Notes: generated from the letters alone by a model not told the origin. Shown: positions 1 to 11,775, numbered from the stretch's first letter. The stretch is 57,973 nucleotides of DNA from an uncultured Erysipelotrichaceae bacterium (GCA_902803375.1 CADCPN010000031.1:1-57973), one strand, 5' to 3'. Numbers and translations: made by a program.

Positions 1-1
1 C

Positions 2-727
2 GGCGACCTTGAGCTCGATGGCGAAGAATCCCTCATGCAGCTAAACGCCCTCCCGAAAGTTGAACTCTTCAAGGGCGGGCACCATGGTTCCTATACCGCT
101 GCCCTCGCTTCCTTCTATGACGTCATCCAGCCAAAGCGGGTTGCCGTCTGCTGCTGCGCTGGCAATACTGAGTATTCCGTTAACCCCGCCCGCAGTTTCC
201 CGACTCAGGAATTCATCGATGCCGCCGCTCCTTATACCAAGGATATCTACGCCACCACCCTAGGCTCCTTCACCGATGCCTCCTATAGCACCTCGCTAAA
301 CGGCCAGATCAATATGACCTACGATGCCAATGGCATCACACTCGATTGCTCTAATAACAACTATGTCCTCGGCTTAAGCTCCTGGTTCAACAAGACCAAT
401 GACCTCTATACCAAGGAGATGGTCGTCAGCTATGGCGAGAGCGCCTATAAGAGCCTAGGGATCAAAGAAGGCTACACCAACATCATCGAACGCAATCCCG
501 CTAAGCCCTCCAGTTTTGAAAAAGGCACCCGCTGCCTTACCGAATATAAGATCACCCAGACCTTCAAATCGGTGGAGTCCAAGACCAGCTCCTCTGGAAA
601 GACAACGACCTATTTCGTCACCTATGACTGCGTCTATGACTACGTTGATAGCACTGGCAAGAGAATAACTAACAAATCGACCATGCCGAATAGACTTTGG
701 CCCTCAAGAGGCGTCAGACTGGCCTAA
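2..727 (+). CDS. MBL-fold (ComEC-like beta-lactamase domain) protein, 5'-truncated by the window edge
   Basis: The frame is open from nt 2 (GDLELDGEESLMQLNALPKVELFKGGHHGS...). The GGHHGS motif is the same type as LKAGHHGS in the ComEC MBL domain at 5678-7705. A long S/T/N-rich C-terminal extension follows. Stop TAA at 725-727, then a hairpin terminator. Confidence 0.6.
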   Translation, partial: GDLELDGEESLMQLNALPKVELFKGGHHGSYTAALASFYDVIQPKRVAVCCCAGNTEYSVNPARSFPTQEFIDAAAPYTKDIYATTLGSFTDASYSTSLNGQINMTYDANGITLDCSNNNYVLGLSSWFNKTNDLYTKEMVVSYGESAYKSLGIKEGYTNIIERNPAKPSSFEKGTRCLTEYKITQTFKSVESKTSSSGKTTTYFVTYDCVYDYVDSTGKRITNKSTMPNRLWPSRGVRLA

Positions 728-746
728 CTACAACCATCAACATGGA

Positions 747-778
747 GGAATTCGCCCGTGTAGGACGAATTCCTTTTG
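747..778 (+). terminator. Rho-independent terminator
   Basis: 8-bp stem GGAATTCG (747-754) / CGAATTCC (766-773) followed by TTTT. Confidence 0.6.
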
Positions 779-779
779 C

Positions 780-950
780 ATTCTCTAAAGAGAAGCATAT
801 CATATAGCCGAATCGGGAACCTGCCATTCCCCCTTATCGCGGGCAATGCCGCCGTCACCTAGCGTTAATAGGTAGTCAGAGAGCACCCCATAGGTGAAGA
901 AGGATGGTACCGCGCAAGACACCGCGTTCCTTCGGTCAGGGTGTTTTTAT
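780..950 (+). promoter_or_regulatory. T-box leader (tRNA-sensing riboswitch) controlling alaS
   Basis: T-box-like sequence GGATGGTACCGCG at 902-914, against the family consensus GGGTGGTACCGCG. A terminator hairpin follows directly (ACACC...GGTGT, 918-944) with a TTTTT run just upstream of the alaS RBS. An AGAGA box lies near 793. The specifier codon was not resolved by eye. Confidence 0.65.
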
Positions 951-967
951 TTTTCTAGGAGAGTTAT

Positions 968-3574
<2,607 letters not shown>

Positions 3575-3588
3575 TTAGCATCTATTAG

Positions 3589-3628
3589 CCTTCCTCTTCG
3601 GGAAAAACTACCTTTCCCGAAGGGAAGG
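3589..3628 (+). terminator. long imperfect hairpin after alaS (possible attenuator or terminator without a U-tract)
   Basis: CCTTCCTCTTCGGGAAA / TTTCCCGAAGGGAAGG forms a ~15-bp stem with one bulge. No T-run follows. A TATAAT hexamer lies just downstream. Confidence 0.35.
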
Positions 3629-3659
3629 CCCTTATAATGATAAGAAAGAGAGAACCACC

Positions 3660-3929
3660 ATGATCGAGATCAAAAACGACAACGATATGATCATCACGTC
3701 CGACGATGGAACAGAGGACCTCATGAAGATCCTCTTCTATTTCCATAACGACCAGAGAAATAAGGATTACTATTTCCTCTATCGCGAAGAAAACCCCGAT
3801 GAGGTCATCGTTATGGGCTCTAGCGACGGAGAGTCTCTTGAAGAGCTTACCGATGAGGAGTTCGACGAGGCCGACCAGGTCTTTGAAGCCTATCAGGAAG
3901 ACCCGGAGATCCAGAACCTCAAAGACTAG
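3660..3929 (+). CDS. DUF1292 (YrzB/UPF0473-like) small acidic protein
   Basis: 89 aa with the typical DUF1292 pattern (short N-terminus, Y-F-L-Y core, acidic C-terminus). Its position downstream of alaS matches yrzB in B. subtilis. Confidence 0.7.
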   Translation: MIEIKNDNDMIITSDDGTEDLMKILFYFHNDQRNKDYYFLYREENPDEVIVMGSSDGESLEELTDEEFDEADQVFEAYQEDPEIQNLKD

Positions 3930-3996
3930 TTAAAACTTGTCTAAAAAGTAGTCAAAGTCTATACTTTGTAAGCCTTAATAATAAGAAGGAAGAACC

Positions 3997-4473
3997 ATGG
4001 CAGAGAAAAAGATTATCCTTACCGAAAAAGAGCGCGAAGCCCTAAATAGCGAATACCGTCACCTCATTGACGTCGAACGTCCTGACGTCATCGAAAAACT
4101 TCAGCTTGCTAGAAGCCAGGGCGACCTTTCCGAAAACGCCGACTATGATGCCGCGCGTGATCGTCAGGCTCAGGTCGAAGCTCGTATCGCCGAGATCGAG
4201 AACATCCTAAATAATGCCGTTGCCGCCGAAGAAGTCGCCGGCAGCACCAAAGGCAAGATCACCATTGGCTACACCGTCACCTTCAAAGAGGGCGATGAGG
4301 AAGTCACCGTTAAGATCGTCGGTAACGTCGGCGCCGATCCGCTAGCCGAAATCCCGTCCGTCTCCAACGAATCCCCGCTTGGCCGCGCCCTTATCGGCGC
4401 CAAGAAGGGCGACACCGTCCACGTTGAATCCGTTGAGCCCTACGACATCACCATCCTTGATGCCCAAAAATAA
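3997..4473 (+). CDS. greA: transcription elongation factor GreA
   Basis: 158 aa. Contains GDLSENADYDAA, the coiled-coil tip with acidic residues, and a C-terminal FKBP-like domain (SPLGRALIGAKKGD). Confidence 0.95.
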   Translation: MAEKKIILTEKEREALNSEYRHLIDVERPDVIEKLQLARSQGDLSENADYDAARDRQAQVEARIAEIENILNNAVAAEEVAGSTKGKITIGYTVTFKEGDEEVTVKIVGNVGADPLAEIPSVSNESPLGRALIGAKKGDTVHVESVEPYDITILDAQK

Positions 4474-4495
4474 TCGGAAATAAAACCAAAACAAG

Positions 4496-4527
4496 AAAGT
4501 CCCTGTCGCCAGATGGGGACTTTTCCT
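4496..4527 (+). terminator. Rho-independent terminator after greA
   Basis: Stem AAAGTCCC / GGGACTTT with an 11-nt loop, followed by a T-run. Confidence 0.5.
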
Positions 4528-4549
4528 GAAAAGCAAGAGTATCCCATCC

Positions 4550-5035
4550 ATGAAATATTGTTCTAATTGCGGCAGCGAGATTCCCGAGGGATCTACCTTT
4601 TGCCCTTCTTGCGGCGTTAGGCTAGGCACAGCTGAGGATAACCCATTCACCAAAACCTCGACGGAACCAGAAGAAAAGAAAGAGGAAAAAGTCATTGATG
4701 CCGAAGTCCTCAATTCCAAAGCCGATGAATCTGCCTCCTCTTCCTCTGAAAGAAAGGAAGAGCCTTCTTCTAACAATTCCTCCTCCTACTCGGATGAAAG
4801 CAGGAAATCCATTCAGACCGCCGCCTTCGTGTTCATGATCCTTGGCACGATTGCCCTTGCCTTCGTCTATCTATTCCCACTTTGCTGGTGCGTCCCGATG
4901 ACCATGCACTATAACAGTTGCATGAAAAATAACCAGCAGGCCTCTTTGGGCTTTGCGATCTGCAGCCTCCTCTTCGTCTCGCCAATCGCCGGCATTTTGA
5001 TGGTCGTCGATTACGCGATGGCTAATTCGAAATAA
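4550..5035 (+). CDS. zinc-ribbon protein with an acidic/Ser-rich linker and a C-terminal two-helix membrane module (CD225/dispanin-like)
   Basis: N-terminal CSNCG...CPSCG zinc ribbon. The C-terminus carries two hydrophobic helices around a PLCWCVP motif. Confidence 0.6.
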   Translation: MKYCSNCGSEIPEGSTFCPSCGVRLGTAEDNPFTKTSTEPEEKKEEKVIDAEVLNSKADESASSSSERKEEPSSNNSSSYSDESRKSIQTAAFVFMILGTIALAFVYLFPLCWCVPMTMHYNSCMKNNQQASLGFAICSLLFVSPIAGILMVVDYAMANSK

Positions 5036-5051
5036 TTCTTTTGTCGCTATC

Positions 5052-5076
5052 AACCTCCCTTTGCGGAGGTTTTTTA
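5052..5076 (+). terminator. Rho-independent terminator
   Basis: Stem AACCTCC / GGAGGTT, followed by TTTTT. Confidence 0.6.
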
Positions 5077-5135
5077 TATATTTAGTGTCCTTTTTCCGAT
5101 TTGACCCCCTAAAAGATAAGTGAGGAGGTTAGGTT

Positions 5136-5675
5136 ATGAAAACCATCATCATTATCGTCGTGCTTACCCTTATCGGACTCATAGGATATTCCTATGTCGA
5201 AGAGATGAAGGTTGGTTCTTCGACAACAAGCCAAGTGGAGGACTCCAGCTCAACCTTCACGATCTCGGTCTCAGGAGAAGTGAAGAAGGCGGGGACCTTC
5301 GTCTTCAAGGAAGGGGCGACGATGCTAGACCTTCTTGAAGCGGCAGGAGGGGCCACTACCAACGCGGATCCTAGGGCTTATGACACCTCTTTTGTCTTAA
5401 GAAAGTCCGATAAGGCCTACTACATCGCACCAATCTTCGATAACGCGAACACCTGTGCAAGCGATCCTATCGAGAAGGCCAACATCAATACGGACGACGC
5501 GGAAACGATCCATGGCATCACCGGTATGTCCTCTAGCGTCGCCCATAGCCTCGTTACCTATCGCTCCACCAATCCTTTCTTTGCCCTTGAGCAGATTAAG
5601 GATGTCCCTGGCATCGGGCCCGCTACCTTCTTGACGGTTAAGGATAAGATCATTCTTCGCGAAGCGCAGGAGTAG
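5136..5675 (+). CDS. comEA: competence protein ComEA (membrane-anchored DNA receptor, SLBB plus helix-hairpin-helix)
   Basis: N-terminal TM helix, an SLBB-like segment (ISVSGEVKKAGTFVFKEGATMLDLL) and a C-terminal HhH (IKDVPGIGPATF). Lies immediately upstream of comEC. A strong RBS (GAGGAGG) is present. Confidence 0.85.
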   Translation: MKTIIIIVVLTLIGLIGYSYVEEMKVGSSTTSQVEDSSSTFTISVSGEVKKAGTFVFKEGATMLDLLEAAGGATTNADPRAYDTSFVLRKSDKAYYIAPIFDNANTCASDPIEKANINTDDAETIHGITGMSSSVAHSLVTYRSTNPFFALEQIKDVPGIGPATFLTVKDKIILREAQE

Positions 5676-5677
5676 AC

Positions 5678-7705
5678 GTGAAGCCTCTTTTCATCCTGAT
5701 AGGCTTAGTCCTGGGGATGTATATGGGGAATAGCAAAGACCCCCGGGTTTTGCTTTGCTTAGTTTTGTTTGCCTTGCTTGCTCTATTCTTTTCCAAAAAG
5801 AAAGGGTTAACTTTGTGGTTTATCGGAGGGCTAACAGTAGGGCTAGTAGTAGGATTTGTCCGACTGCCAGTCCCTTTTGGCAAAGGAACGTATACTGGAA
5901 TCATCGTCAAAACCAGCGATAACTACGTGATCGTCTTCTCTAGACTAGAGCGTTTCTATGTATATGCAAAAGGACATAGCTTTGAACTGGGCGACATCGT
6001 TTCCTTTGTCGGTAAGGTAGAAGAGTATTCCTTTTCGACCTACGAAGGCAGATTTGACTTCGGAGAATATCTTTCCTCAATAGGGGTTAGGGCAAGCTTA
6101 TCCTCTTTTGAGCATACCTTCTTATTTAAAAACCCGGTTCGAATTAGGGCAATGGAGAATCTCTTCTTAGGGAAGCTAGATGAGAATGCCTCCGCTTTGG
6201 CTTCCTCGCTGCTATTTAATAGGAAGAATTACGAAAGTAGCGCCCTAATTGCCGCTAATAGCCTTAATATCGTCTTCATACTCTCTAACTCTGGTTTACT
6301 TTATGGAATGCTTTTGCGAAGGATAGAAGCAGTCCTTAAGTACAAGCTAAAGGATAGGACGGCTGAGAGAATCATGCTTTTTCTCTCATTGTTCTTCTTA
6401 CTGTTCTCCATTGATAAAATCGGCATCAGACGAGTATTTTTGTTGCGTCTATTGCGTTATATCAATAAGTATTGGCTAAAGGAACAGTTCGAGTACTTTG
6501 ATCTATTGGGCTTTGCTGGGATCATCTTTTTCCTCCTTAACCCATATGACGTGATTGCAACAGGCTTCTTATTGGGGTTTGGGGCAAGCTATTGCAGCAA
6601 CCTAAGCGGCGTCATCTTCTCTAGATATAAGAAGACGAAAAAGAAACTGCTCGGCTTTCTCCTACTTAGGCTTCTTATCCTCCCCTTAAGTCTGGAGTCT
6701 AGCCTAGGCGTATTGCATCTATTCGCCCCGATCTACGCGGAGATCCTCCTGATTCCGGTAAGTTTATTTCAACTTGTCGGATATCTTAGCTTTCTCCTAT
6801 TCCCTTTTCCTCAGCCGATTAATTTCTTAGGCAACGCCTTAACGAATTTCCTCCTAGGCCTGTCGAAGGTTGACCCAAGCCTAAGGATCCCTATCTCGGG
6901 AACGGTTTTCCAATTCCTTTATTATCTATTGCTTATCTCTTCTTTATATTTCATAGAAGTAGGCGTAAGGAGATATAGGAATATCCTTATAGGAGTCTAT
7001 TTAGGCTCTTACGTGATTTCTTTATTGCCGATACTCCCCTTAGCCAGCCAAGAAGTAACCTTTATCAACGTTGGCCAAGGCGATTCCATTCTGATCCGCG
7101 ACCATGGCAAAGTCGTGCTTTTAGACACCGGTGGCAACCTCCATTTCGACATGGCGAAAGAGGTGCTCATCCCCTATCTATATCGAAAAAGAATCTACCA
7201 TATCGATTGCCTTATCGCCTCCCATGGCGACTTTGACCATATCGGGGCGAAAGATAGTTTGATGTCGAACTTCAAAGTATATAACTACGTAGATAAGAAA
7301 GAAGACTTCCCAATAACCATCGGTAACATTACATTAACGAATTATAACGTCTATGGAGGGAAGGAAGAGAATGAGACCTCGTTGGTCTTAGGTTTATCCT
7401 TCATGGATAAGAGGTGGCTATTCACTGGCGATGCCACCATCTCCATCGAGAAGAAGATCATCCTCGATAACCCCTCTTTGAAGGCGGATATCCTTAAGGC
7501 GGGGCACCATGGTTCGGATACCTCTTCTTGCGAAGAGTTCCTAAAGGCCGTTTCCCCGGAAACGGTCATCATCTCGGTTGGCAAGAAGAACTCCTATGGC
7601 CATCCTTCCAAAGCGGTGATTTCCCGGATGGAGAAGCTAGGCATAAAAATTAGAAGAACCGACCTCGAAGGGACCATTACCTATAAGAACTTATCTTTAG
7701 GATAA
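5678..7705 (+). CDS. comEC: DNA internalization channel ComEC/Rec2 with a C-terminal MBL domain
   Basis: 675 aa with a GTG start. It has an N-terminal OB/DUF4131-like segment, a polytopic membrane core and an MBL domain (VGQGDS, ASHGDFDHIG, KAGHHGS). Confidence 0.9.
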   Translation: MKPLFILIGLVLGMYMGNSKDPRVLLCLVLFALLALFFSKKKGLTLWFIGGLTVGLVVGFVRLPVPFGKGTYTGIIVKTSDNYVIVFSRLERFYVYAKGHSFELGDIVSFVGKVEEYSFSTYEGRFDFGEYLSSIGVRASLSSFEHTFLFKNPVRIRAMENLFLGKLDENASALASSLLFNRKNYESSALIAANSLNIVFILSNSGLLYGMLLRRIEAVLKYKLKDRTAERIMLFLSLFFLLFSIDKIGIRRVFLLRLLRYINKYWLKEQFEYFDLLGFAGIIFFLLNPYDVIATGFLLGFGASYCSNLSGVIFSRYKKTKKKLLGFLLLRLLILPLSLESSLGVLHLFAPIYAEILLIPVSLFQLVGYLSFLLFPFPQPINFLGNALTNFLLGLSKVDPSLRIPISGTVFQFLYYLLLISSLYFIEVGVRRYRNILIGVYLGSYVISLLPILPLASQEVTFINVGQGDSILIRDHGKVVLLDTGGNLHFDMAKEVLIPYLYRKRIYHIDCLIASHGDFDHIGAKDSLMSNFKVYNYVDKKEDFPITIGNITLTNYNVYGGKEENETSLVLGLSFMDKRWLFTGDATISIEKKIILDNPSLKADILKAGHHGSDTSSCEEFLKAVSPETVIISVGKKNSYGHPSKAVISRMEKLGIKIRRTDLEGTITYKNLSLG

Positions 7706-7723
7706 GTTATAATATCTAGGCCT

Positions 7724-8701
7724 ATGATTACGATTATCTATTCCTCCGAACCTCTTCAGACCAAAACCCGTGCGAAGAGCCTCGTTAAGAAATCGATACC
7801 GCAACGCGACGAGACCAACTATATTTCCTTCAATATGACCGTCACTACCCCAGGAGAGCTCGCCTGCGAATGCGAATTCCTGCCTTTGGGAACGGAAAAG
7901 AAAGCCATTGTCGCCGATAACTGCACATTCTTGGAGAAGCCAGTCCGCGGCAAGGCTAAGCCTAACTATGAAGGCTTGGATGCCCTGGAGGCTTTCTGCA
8001 AGAACCCCGCGGACTTCACCGACCTATATATGCTCGTCTATGCTGAGAAGCTAGATGAGAAGAATCCGATTGTGATGGCCGTCAAAGCAAACGGCAAGAT
8101 AATCGAAGAACGGAAACCCGATGAAGCTTATTTCCGCAGCGCCATGGAAGGCTTCCTCCAAAAACGGGGCATCTATATCGAGCCAGTTGCCGCCGATGAA
8201 TTGCTTCGCCGCGTTGGCGACGACTTCGGCAGATTCTCCAATGAGCTTAGAAAGCTGGAAATCTACGCTAACGGCGAGGATATCCGCCTGGCCGCGGTTA
8301 AGATGCTTGTGGCCCCAAAGCTAGAGGATGATGCCTTCACGATGAGCAACGCCCTCGTGAATAACGACGTGAAGAAAGCCTTTAAGGTCTATCGCGACCT
8401 GCAGGTAGCCAATGTCGATGAGGTCATGCTTATCGGCATGCTGGCCAGCCAATTCCGCTTCATGGATGAGGTTGCCTTCCTTGATGAGAAAGGATTCTCC
8501 TCTAGGCAGATCGCCTCTACCCTTGGCGCTAATCCTTACCGCGTGTCGAAGACGCTGCAATCGATGTACTCGGTAGACTCGGAGACGATTGCCAATATCC
8601 TTAATGAGCTCTATATCGCGGATAAGGCTATCCTGACAGGGTCGGCCTCCCCCGAATTCGCCTTCTCTAGATTCTTAGCAAACTTCAGCCTTCGCGGATA
8701 A
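7724..8701 (+). CDS. holA: DNA polymerase III delta subunit
   Basis: 325 aa. The position after comEC is as in B. subtilis, and the size and helical C-terminal domain fit HolA. Confidence 0.8.
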   Translation: MITIIYSSEPLQTKTRAKSLVKKSIPQRDETNYISFNMTVTTPGELACECEFLPLGTEKKAIVADNCTFLEKPVRGKAKPNYEGLDALEAFCKNPADFTDLYMLVYAEKLDEKNPIVMAVKANGKIIEERKPDEAYFRSAMEGFLQKRGIYIEPVAADELLRRVGDDFGRFSNELRKLEIYANGEDIRLAAVKMLVAPKLEDDAFTMSNALVNNDVKKAFKVYRDLQVANVDEVMLIGMLASQFRFMDEVAFLDEKGFSSRQIASTLGANPYRVSKTLQSMYSVDSETIANILNELYIADKAILTGSASPEFAFSRFLANFSLRG

Positions 8702-8717
8702 GACGAGGGCTTTTTTT
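8688..8717 (+). terminator. Rho-independent terminator of holA
   Basis: Stem GCCTTCG / CGAGGGC overlaps the stop codon and is followed by a 7-T run. Confidence 0.6.
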
Positions 8718-8744
8718 CGATATCTATAAGCAGAAGTAGACATT

Positions 8745-8771
8745 AAAAAACCGAGCGCTTGGCTCGGTTTC
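8745..8771 (-). terminator. terminator of rpsT (bidirectional hairpin)
   Basis: Stem ACCGAGC / GCTCGGT, flanked by an A-run and a T-run. Confidence 0.6.
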
Positions 8772-8800
8772 TAATTTAAGGGTATTCCGTTAACCGTTAA

Positions 8801-9055
8801 TTACTTAACGATGGACTGGAGGTGGGCCTTACGACGGTTGGCGGCGTTTCTGGCAACGATGTGGTCCTGAGCGGCCTTGTCGAGAAGGGAGATGGCGAGC
8901 GGGAGAGCGGCCTTGGCGGCTTCCATGTCGTTGGCGGCAACAGCGGCTTCGACCTTCTTAATGGCGGTGCGGAGCTCGGACTTACGGGCGGAGTTGGCGG
9001 CGTTGGCGGCCTTGTTGGTGGCGTCACGCTTGATCTGAGATTTAATGTTTGGCAT
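8801..9055 (-). CDS. rpsT: 30S ribosomal protein S20
   Basis: MPNIKSQIKRD... is the canonical S20 N-terminus. The ORF-track start at 9121 is an upstream extension, and the ATG at 9053-9055 gives 84 aa. Confidence 0.93.
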   Translation of the reverse strand: MPNIKSQIKRDATNKAANAANSARKSELRTAIKKVEAAVAANDMEAAKAALPLAISLLDKAAQDHIVARNAANRRKAHLQSIVK

Positions 9056-9152
9056 TGCGAATTCTTCCTTAAATTTGTTAGCGGTGATTATATTATCCTT
9101 TAGGATAGTGTTAATCAACACCCATTTTCTTTAGAAAAGGGCATTGTTAATC

Positions 9153-11198
9153 TTATTTTTTAGCCTTTTTCTGACGAGAGGGCTTTTTGGCAAGAAGATC
9201 GAGGATTTCTTTGGTGAAATCGTTGAGGTTGCCGAGGACGCCGTACTTGTCTTCGGGGATCTCGATGCCGAATTCGGCATTGAGGGTCTGGCACATCTCG
9301 ATGTAGCTCATGGAGTCGCCGCCGAGGTCGGTGGTCCAGATGGCCGCGCCATCGATCTTGAACTCAGGGAGCATCAAGATCTTGGCGAAGACCTTCCTGA
9401 TCTTGGAGGAGACCTCTTCGACTTCCTTCGGGTCATAGCCTTCGAAGGAGACGGCGTTGTTCTTGGGCTGGCCTAGGCCGATGAAGTCGCTGGAGCCTTC
9501 GGCGATCGCCTGCTTGATCATGAAGCGCTTGACCTTCATGGAACCAGAGACCGGAAGCGGGCGCTTATCGATAAGAACGGTCTGAACCTTCTTTTCGGAA
9601 GGAAGGGTGTCATTGATGGACTTGATGTCTTCGTAGATCTTCTTGATCTGCTCTTCGGTGACGGAGTTATCGACTTCGCAGACGAGGGTGATCTTTTCTT
9701 CTTTTTCGCCAGGGAGAGTTGCGCCCAAGCAGACGGCGTTATGGAGATGCTTAACGTCTTTGAAGTAGTATTCGATTTCGTCGGGGAAGACGTTCTCGCC
9801 GTTGGAGAGGATGATGGTGTCTTTGATGCGGCCCTTCATGAAGTAGCTGCCCTTGGAGTCCATCGTTACGATGTCGCCGGTCGGGAACCAACCATCTTCG
9901 AAATTGACGCGCTTTAGCATGCCGCCGATTATCTCCCTGCCATGGGTTATCGGGGAGCGGATCATAAGTTCGCCGGTGACATCGCCATTATCGCTGGTAG
10001 TGAGGTGGTCGCCGCCAAGCTTATATTCGACGCCATGGAACGGATGCCCGATGGAGCCTTTTAACCTCTGGGAGATATTGGGGCTCATCTCAACGGAGGT
10101 GACGCCGACTTCGGTCATGCCGAAGCCGTTATATAGAGGATAGCCTAGGCCGTTGATGGTGTTTTGGGTCTTCGGGGAGAGGAAGCCGCCGCCGGAGATG
10201 CAGTACTCAACGTGCTTGCCGAGAACCTTCTTCTGGAAGGCGTGGAGGATCAGCTTGCTAGCGCCGTGACCCGCCTCTTTCTTGGAGATCTTGCCGGTAT
10301 TGTAGGCAACCATCTTGGAGAAGAGGTCGGCTTTGGTGCCGCCCATGTTGGCGACGGTGCGGGAGATGTTCTGCGCAATGCCGTCCCAAAACATCGGGAC
10401 GCTGTAGATATGGGTGCACTTGCCTTTCCTAACCGCATAGAGAAGATCGCTGGTGGCGATGGAGGAAGGATAGACGAGGCAGCAGCCATAGAAGCTGTAC
10501 CAAAGGAAGACGGCCACGAATCCGAAGATGTGGTGGAAGGGGAGCATAGCCAGGATGCGGATCTTTCCTGGGTGCATAAGGGTCGTGGTCTCCTTCGGCA
10601 TATCAAGGGAGGCGAGGATCTGAGCGCAGAGGTTGGCGCCGGTATAGACCATCATCTTGGCGGCGCCGGTGGTGCCGGAGGAGCAGAAGATGACGTGGTT
10701 AGCCCAATCTGGACGGAATTCATAGTCCGCCTCTTCGTTCATGATTTCGTTGACGCGGTACTTGCTGACGACGAATTCGGCCTCATCGTTAGCGATGATA
10801 GCCTGAGCTTTCGCCTGGGAAAGGAGGTTATTGGCGTTCTCGGTGGCGAGTCTAGCATCAAGCAGAAGAGGGGAATGCCCGCACATGAGCAAGGCCCAGA
10901 AGATGATGCCCCAGCGCGGGGAGTTCTTAAGCTTTAGGCCAACGACGGAACCTGCGCGGATTCCAGAGAACAAGGTGGAGAGCTTAGAGGCGGTCTTGAA
11001 GACTTCGTCTGCGAAGTCGCCATAGCAGACCTTCTTGGGCTTTCCCTCCTCATCGAAATACATGTAGGCATCCGCTTTGGCATCGCGGGCCATCATCATG
11101 TTGTAGATGTCTTCCATCGACATCGAGGTTTCCTGAAGCTTCGCGGTTTTTGCGATAAAGGCGGAAACGGCTTCTTTGCTGTATTTTTTCATGGGCAA
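9153..11198 (-). CDS. adenylate-forming enzyme (acyl/aryl-AMP ligase) fused to a C-terminal phosphopantetheine carrier domain
   Basis: 681 aa. Adenylation motifs present: SSGTTGAAK, NGFGMTE, TGD, GRIKD and a C-terminal MKVKR lysine. The last ~80 aa carry the carrier-protein serine motif DLGGDSMSYIEM. Confidence 0.8.
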   Translation of the reverse strand: MPMKKYSKEAVSAFIAKTAKLQETSMSMEDIYNMMMARDAKADAYMYFDEEGKPKKVCYGDFADEVFKTASKLSTLFSGIRAGSVVGLKLKNSPRWGIIFWALLMCGHSPLLLDARLATENANNLLSQAKAQAIIANDEAEFVVSKYRVNEIMNEEADYEFRPDWANHVIFCSSGTTGAAKMMVYTGANLCAQILASLDMPKETTTLMHPGKIRILAMLPFHHIFGFVAVFLWYSFYGCCLVYPSSIATSDLLYAVRKGKCTHIYSVPMFWDGIAQNISRTVANMGGTKADLFSKMVAYNTGKISKKEAGHGASKLILHAFQKKVLGKHVEYCISGGGFLSPKTQNTINGLGYPLYNGFGMTEVGVTSVEMSPNISQRLKGSIGHPFHGVEYKLGGDHLTTSDNGDVTGELMIRSPITHGREIIGGMLKRVNFEDGWFPTGDIVTMDSKGSYFMKGRIKDTIILSNGENVFPDEIEYYFKDVKHLHNAVCLGATLPGEKEEKITLVCEVDNSVTEEQIKKIYEDIKSINDTLPSEKKVQTVLIDKRPLPVSGSMKVKRFMIKQAIAEGSSDFIGLGQPKNNAVSFEGYDPKEVEEVSSKIRKVFAKILMLPEFKIDGAAIWTTDLGGDSMSYIEMCQTLNAEFGIEIPEDKYGVLGNLNDFTKEILDLLAKKPSRQKKAKK

Positions 11199-11205
11199 TA
11201 TTCTA

Positions 11206-11742
11206 TTAGGACTTCTTTCTCGGGAAAACCCTCAGTTCATCAGAGAATGCGATTTGTCCCGGTTCAACGCTGTGCCTAATGACAGCGCCAGGCGCTATTT
11301 TAGCACCATCATTGATGGTGATGGGACCCAAAACGATGGCTCCTGTGCCAACGACGACGTTATTTCCTAGCGTTGGATGGCGTTTGCCATGGCTATGGGA
11401 GACGCCGCCGAGAGTGACGCCATGGTAGATCGTGCAGTCATCGCCGATCTCGGTCGTTTCCCCGATGACGACGCCATTGCCGTGGTCGATGAAGAGGTTT
11501 CTGCCGATTTTGGCGCCCGGATGGATCTCGATGCCAGTGACGCGGTTAGCGTGATGCATCGCCATTTCGGCGAGAAACTTCATGTGGTGTAACCAGCAGA
11601 AATGGGAGAAGCGGTACCAACGCATCGCGATGCAGCTTGGATAGAGGAAAAAGACCGCGAAACGGTTCCTTGCCGCGGGGTCTCTTCTCATGATGGAGGC
11701 GATATAGCCTTCCTTTTTGGTTTTTTTAGATTGGCTTTCCAT
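11206..11742 (-). CDS. cysE: serine O-acetyltransferase-like hexapeptide-repeat acetyltransferase (short CysE type)
   Basis: RRDPAARN...[44 protein letters not shown]...KRHPTLG aligns by eye with B. subtilis CysE. The ATG at 11740-11742 is preferred over the TTG at 11832. No convincing SD sequence is present. Confidence 0.75.
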   Translation of the reverse strand: MESQSKKTKKEGYIASIMRRDPAARNRFAVFFLYPSCIAMRWYRFSHFCWLHHMKFLAEMAMHHANRVTGIEIHPGAKIGRNLFIDHGNGVVIGETTEIGDDCTIYHGVTLGGVSHSHGKRHPTLGNNVVVGTGAIVLGPITINDGAKIAPGAVIRHSVEPGQIAFSDELRVFPRKKS

Positions 11743-11775
11743 AGAAATAGATGGAGTGAGGATGAATGCGGCTTT

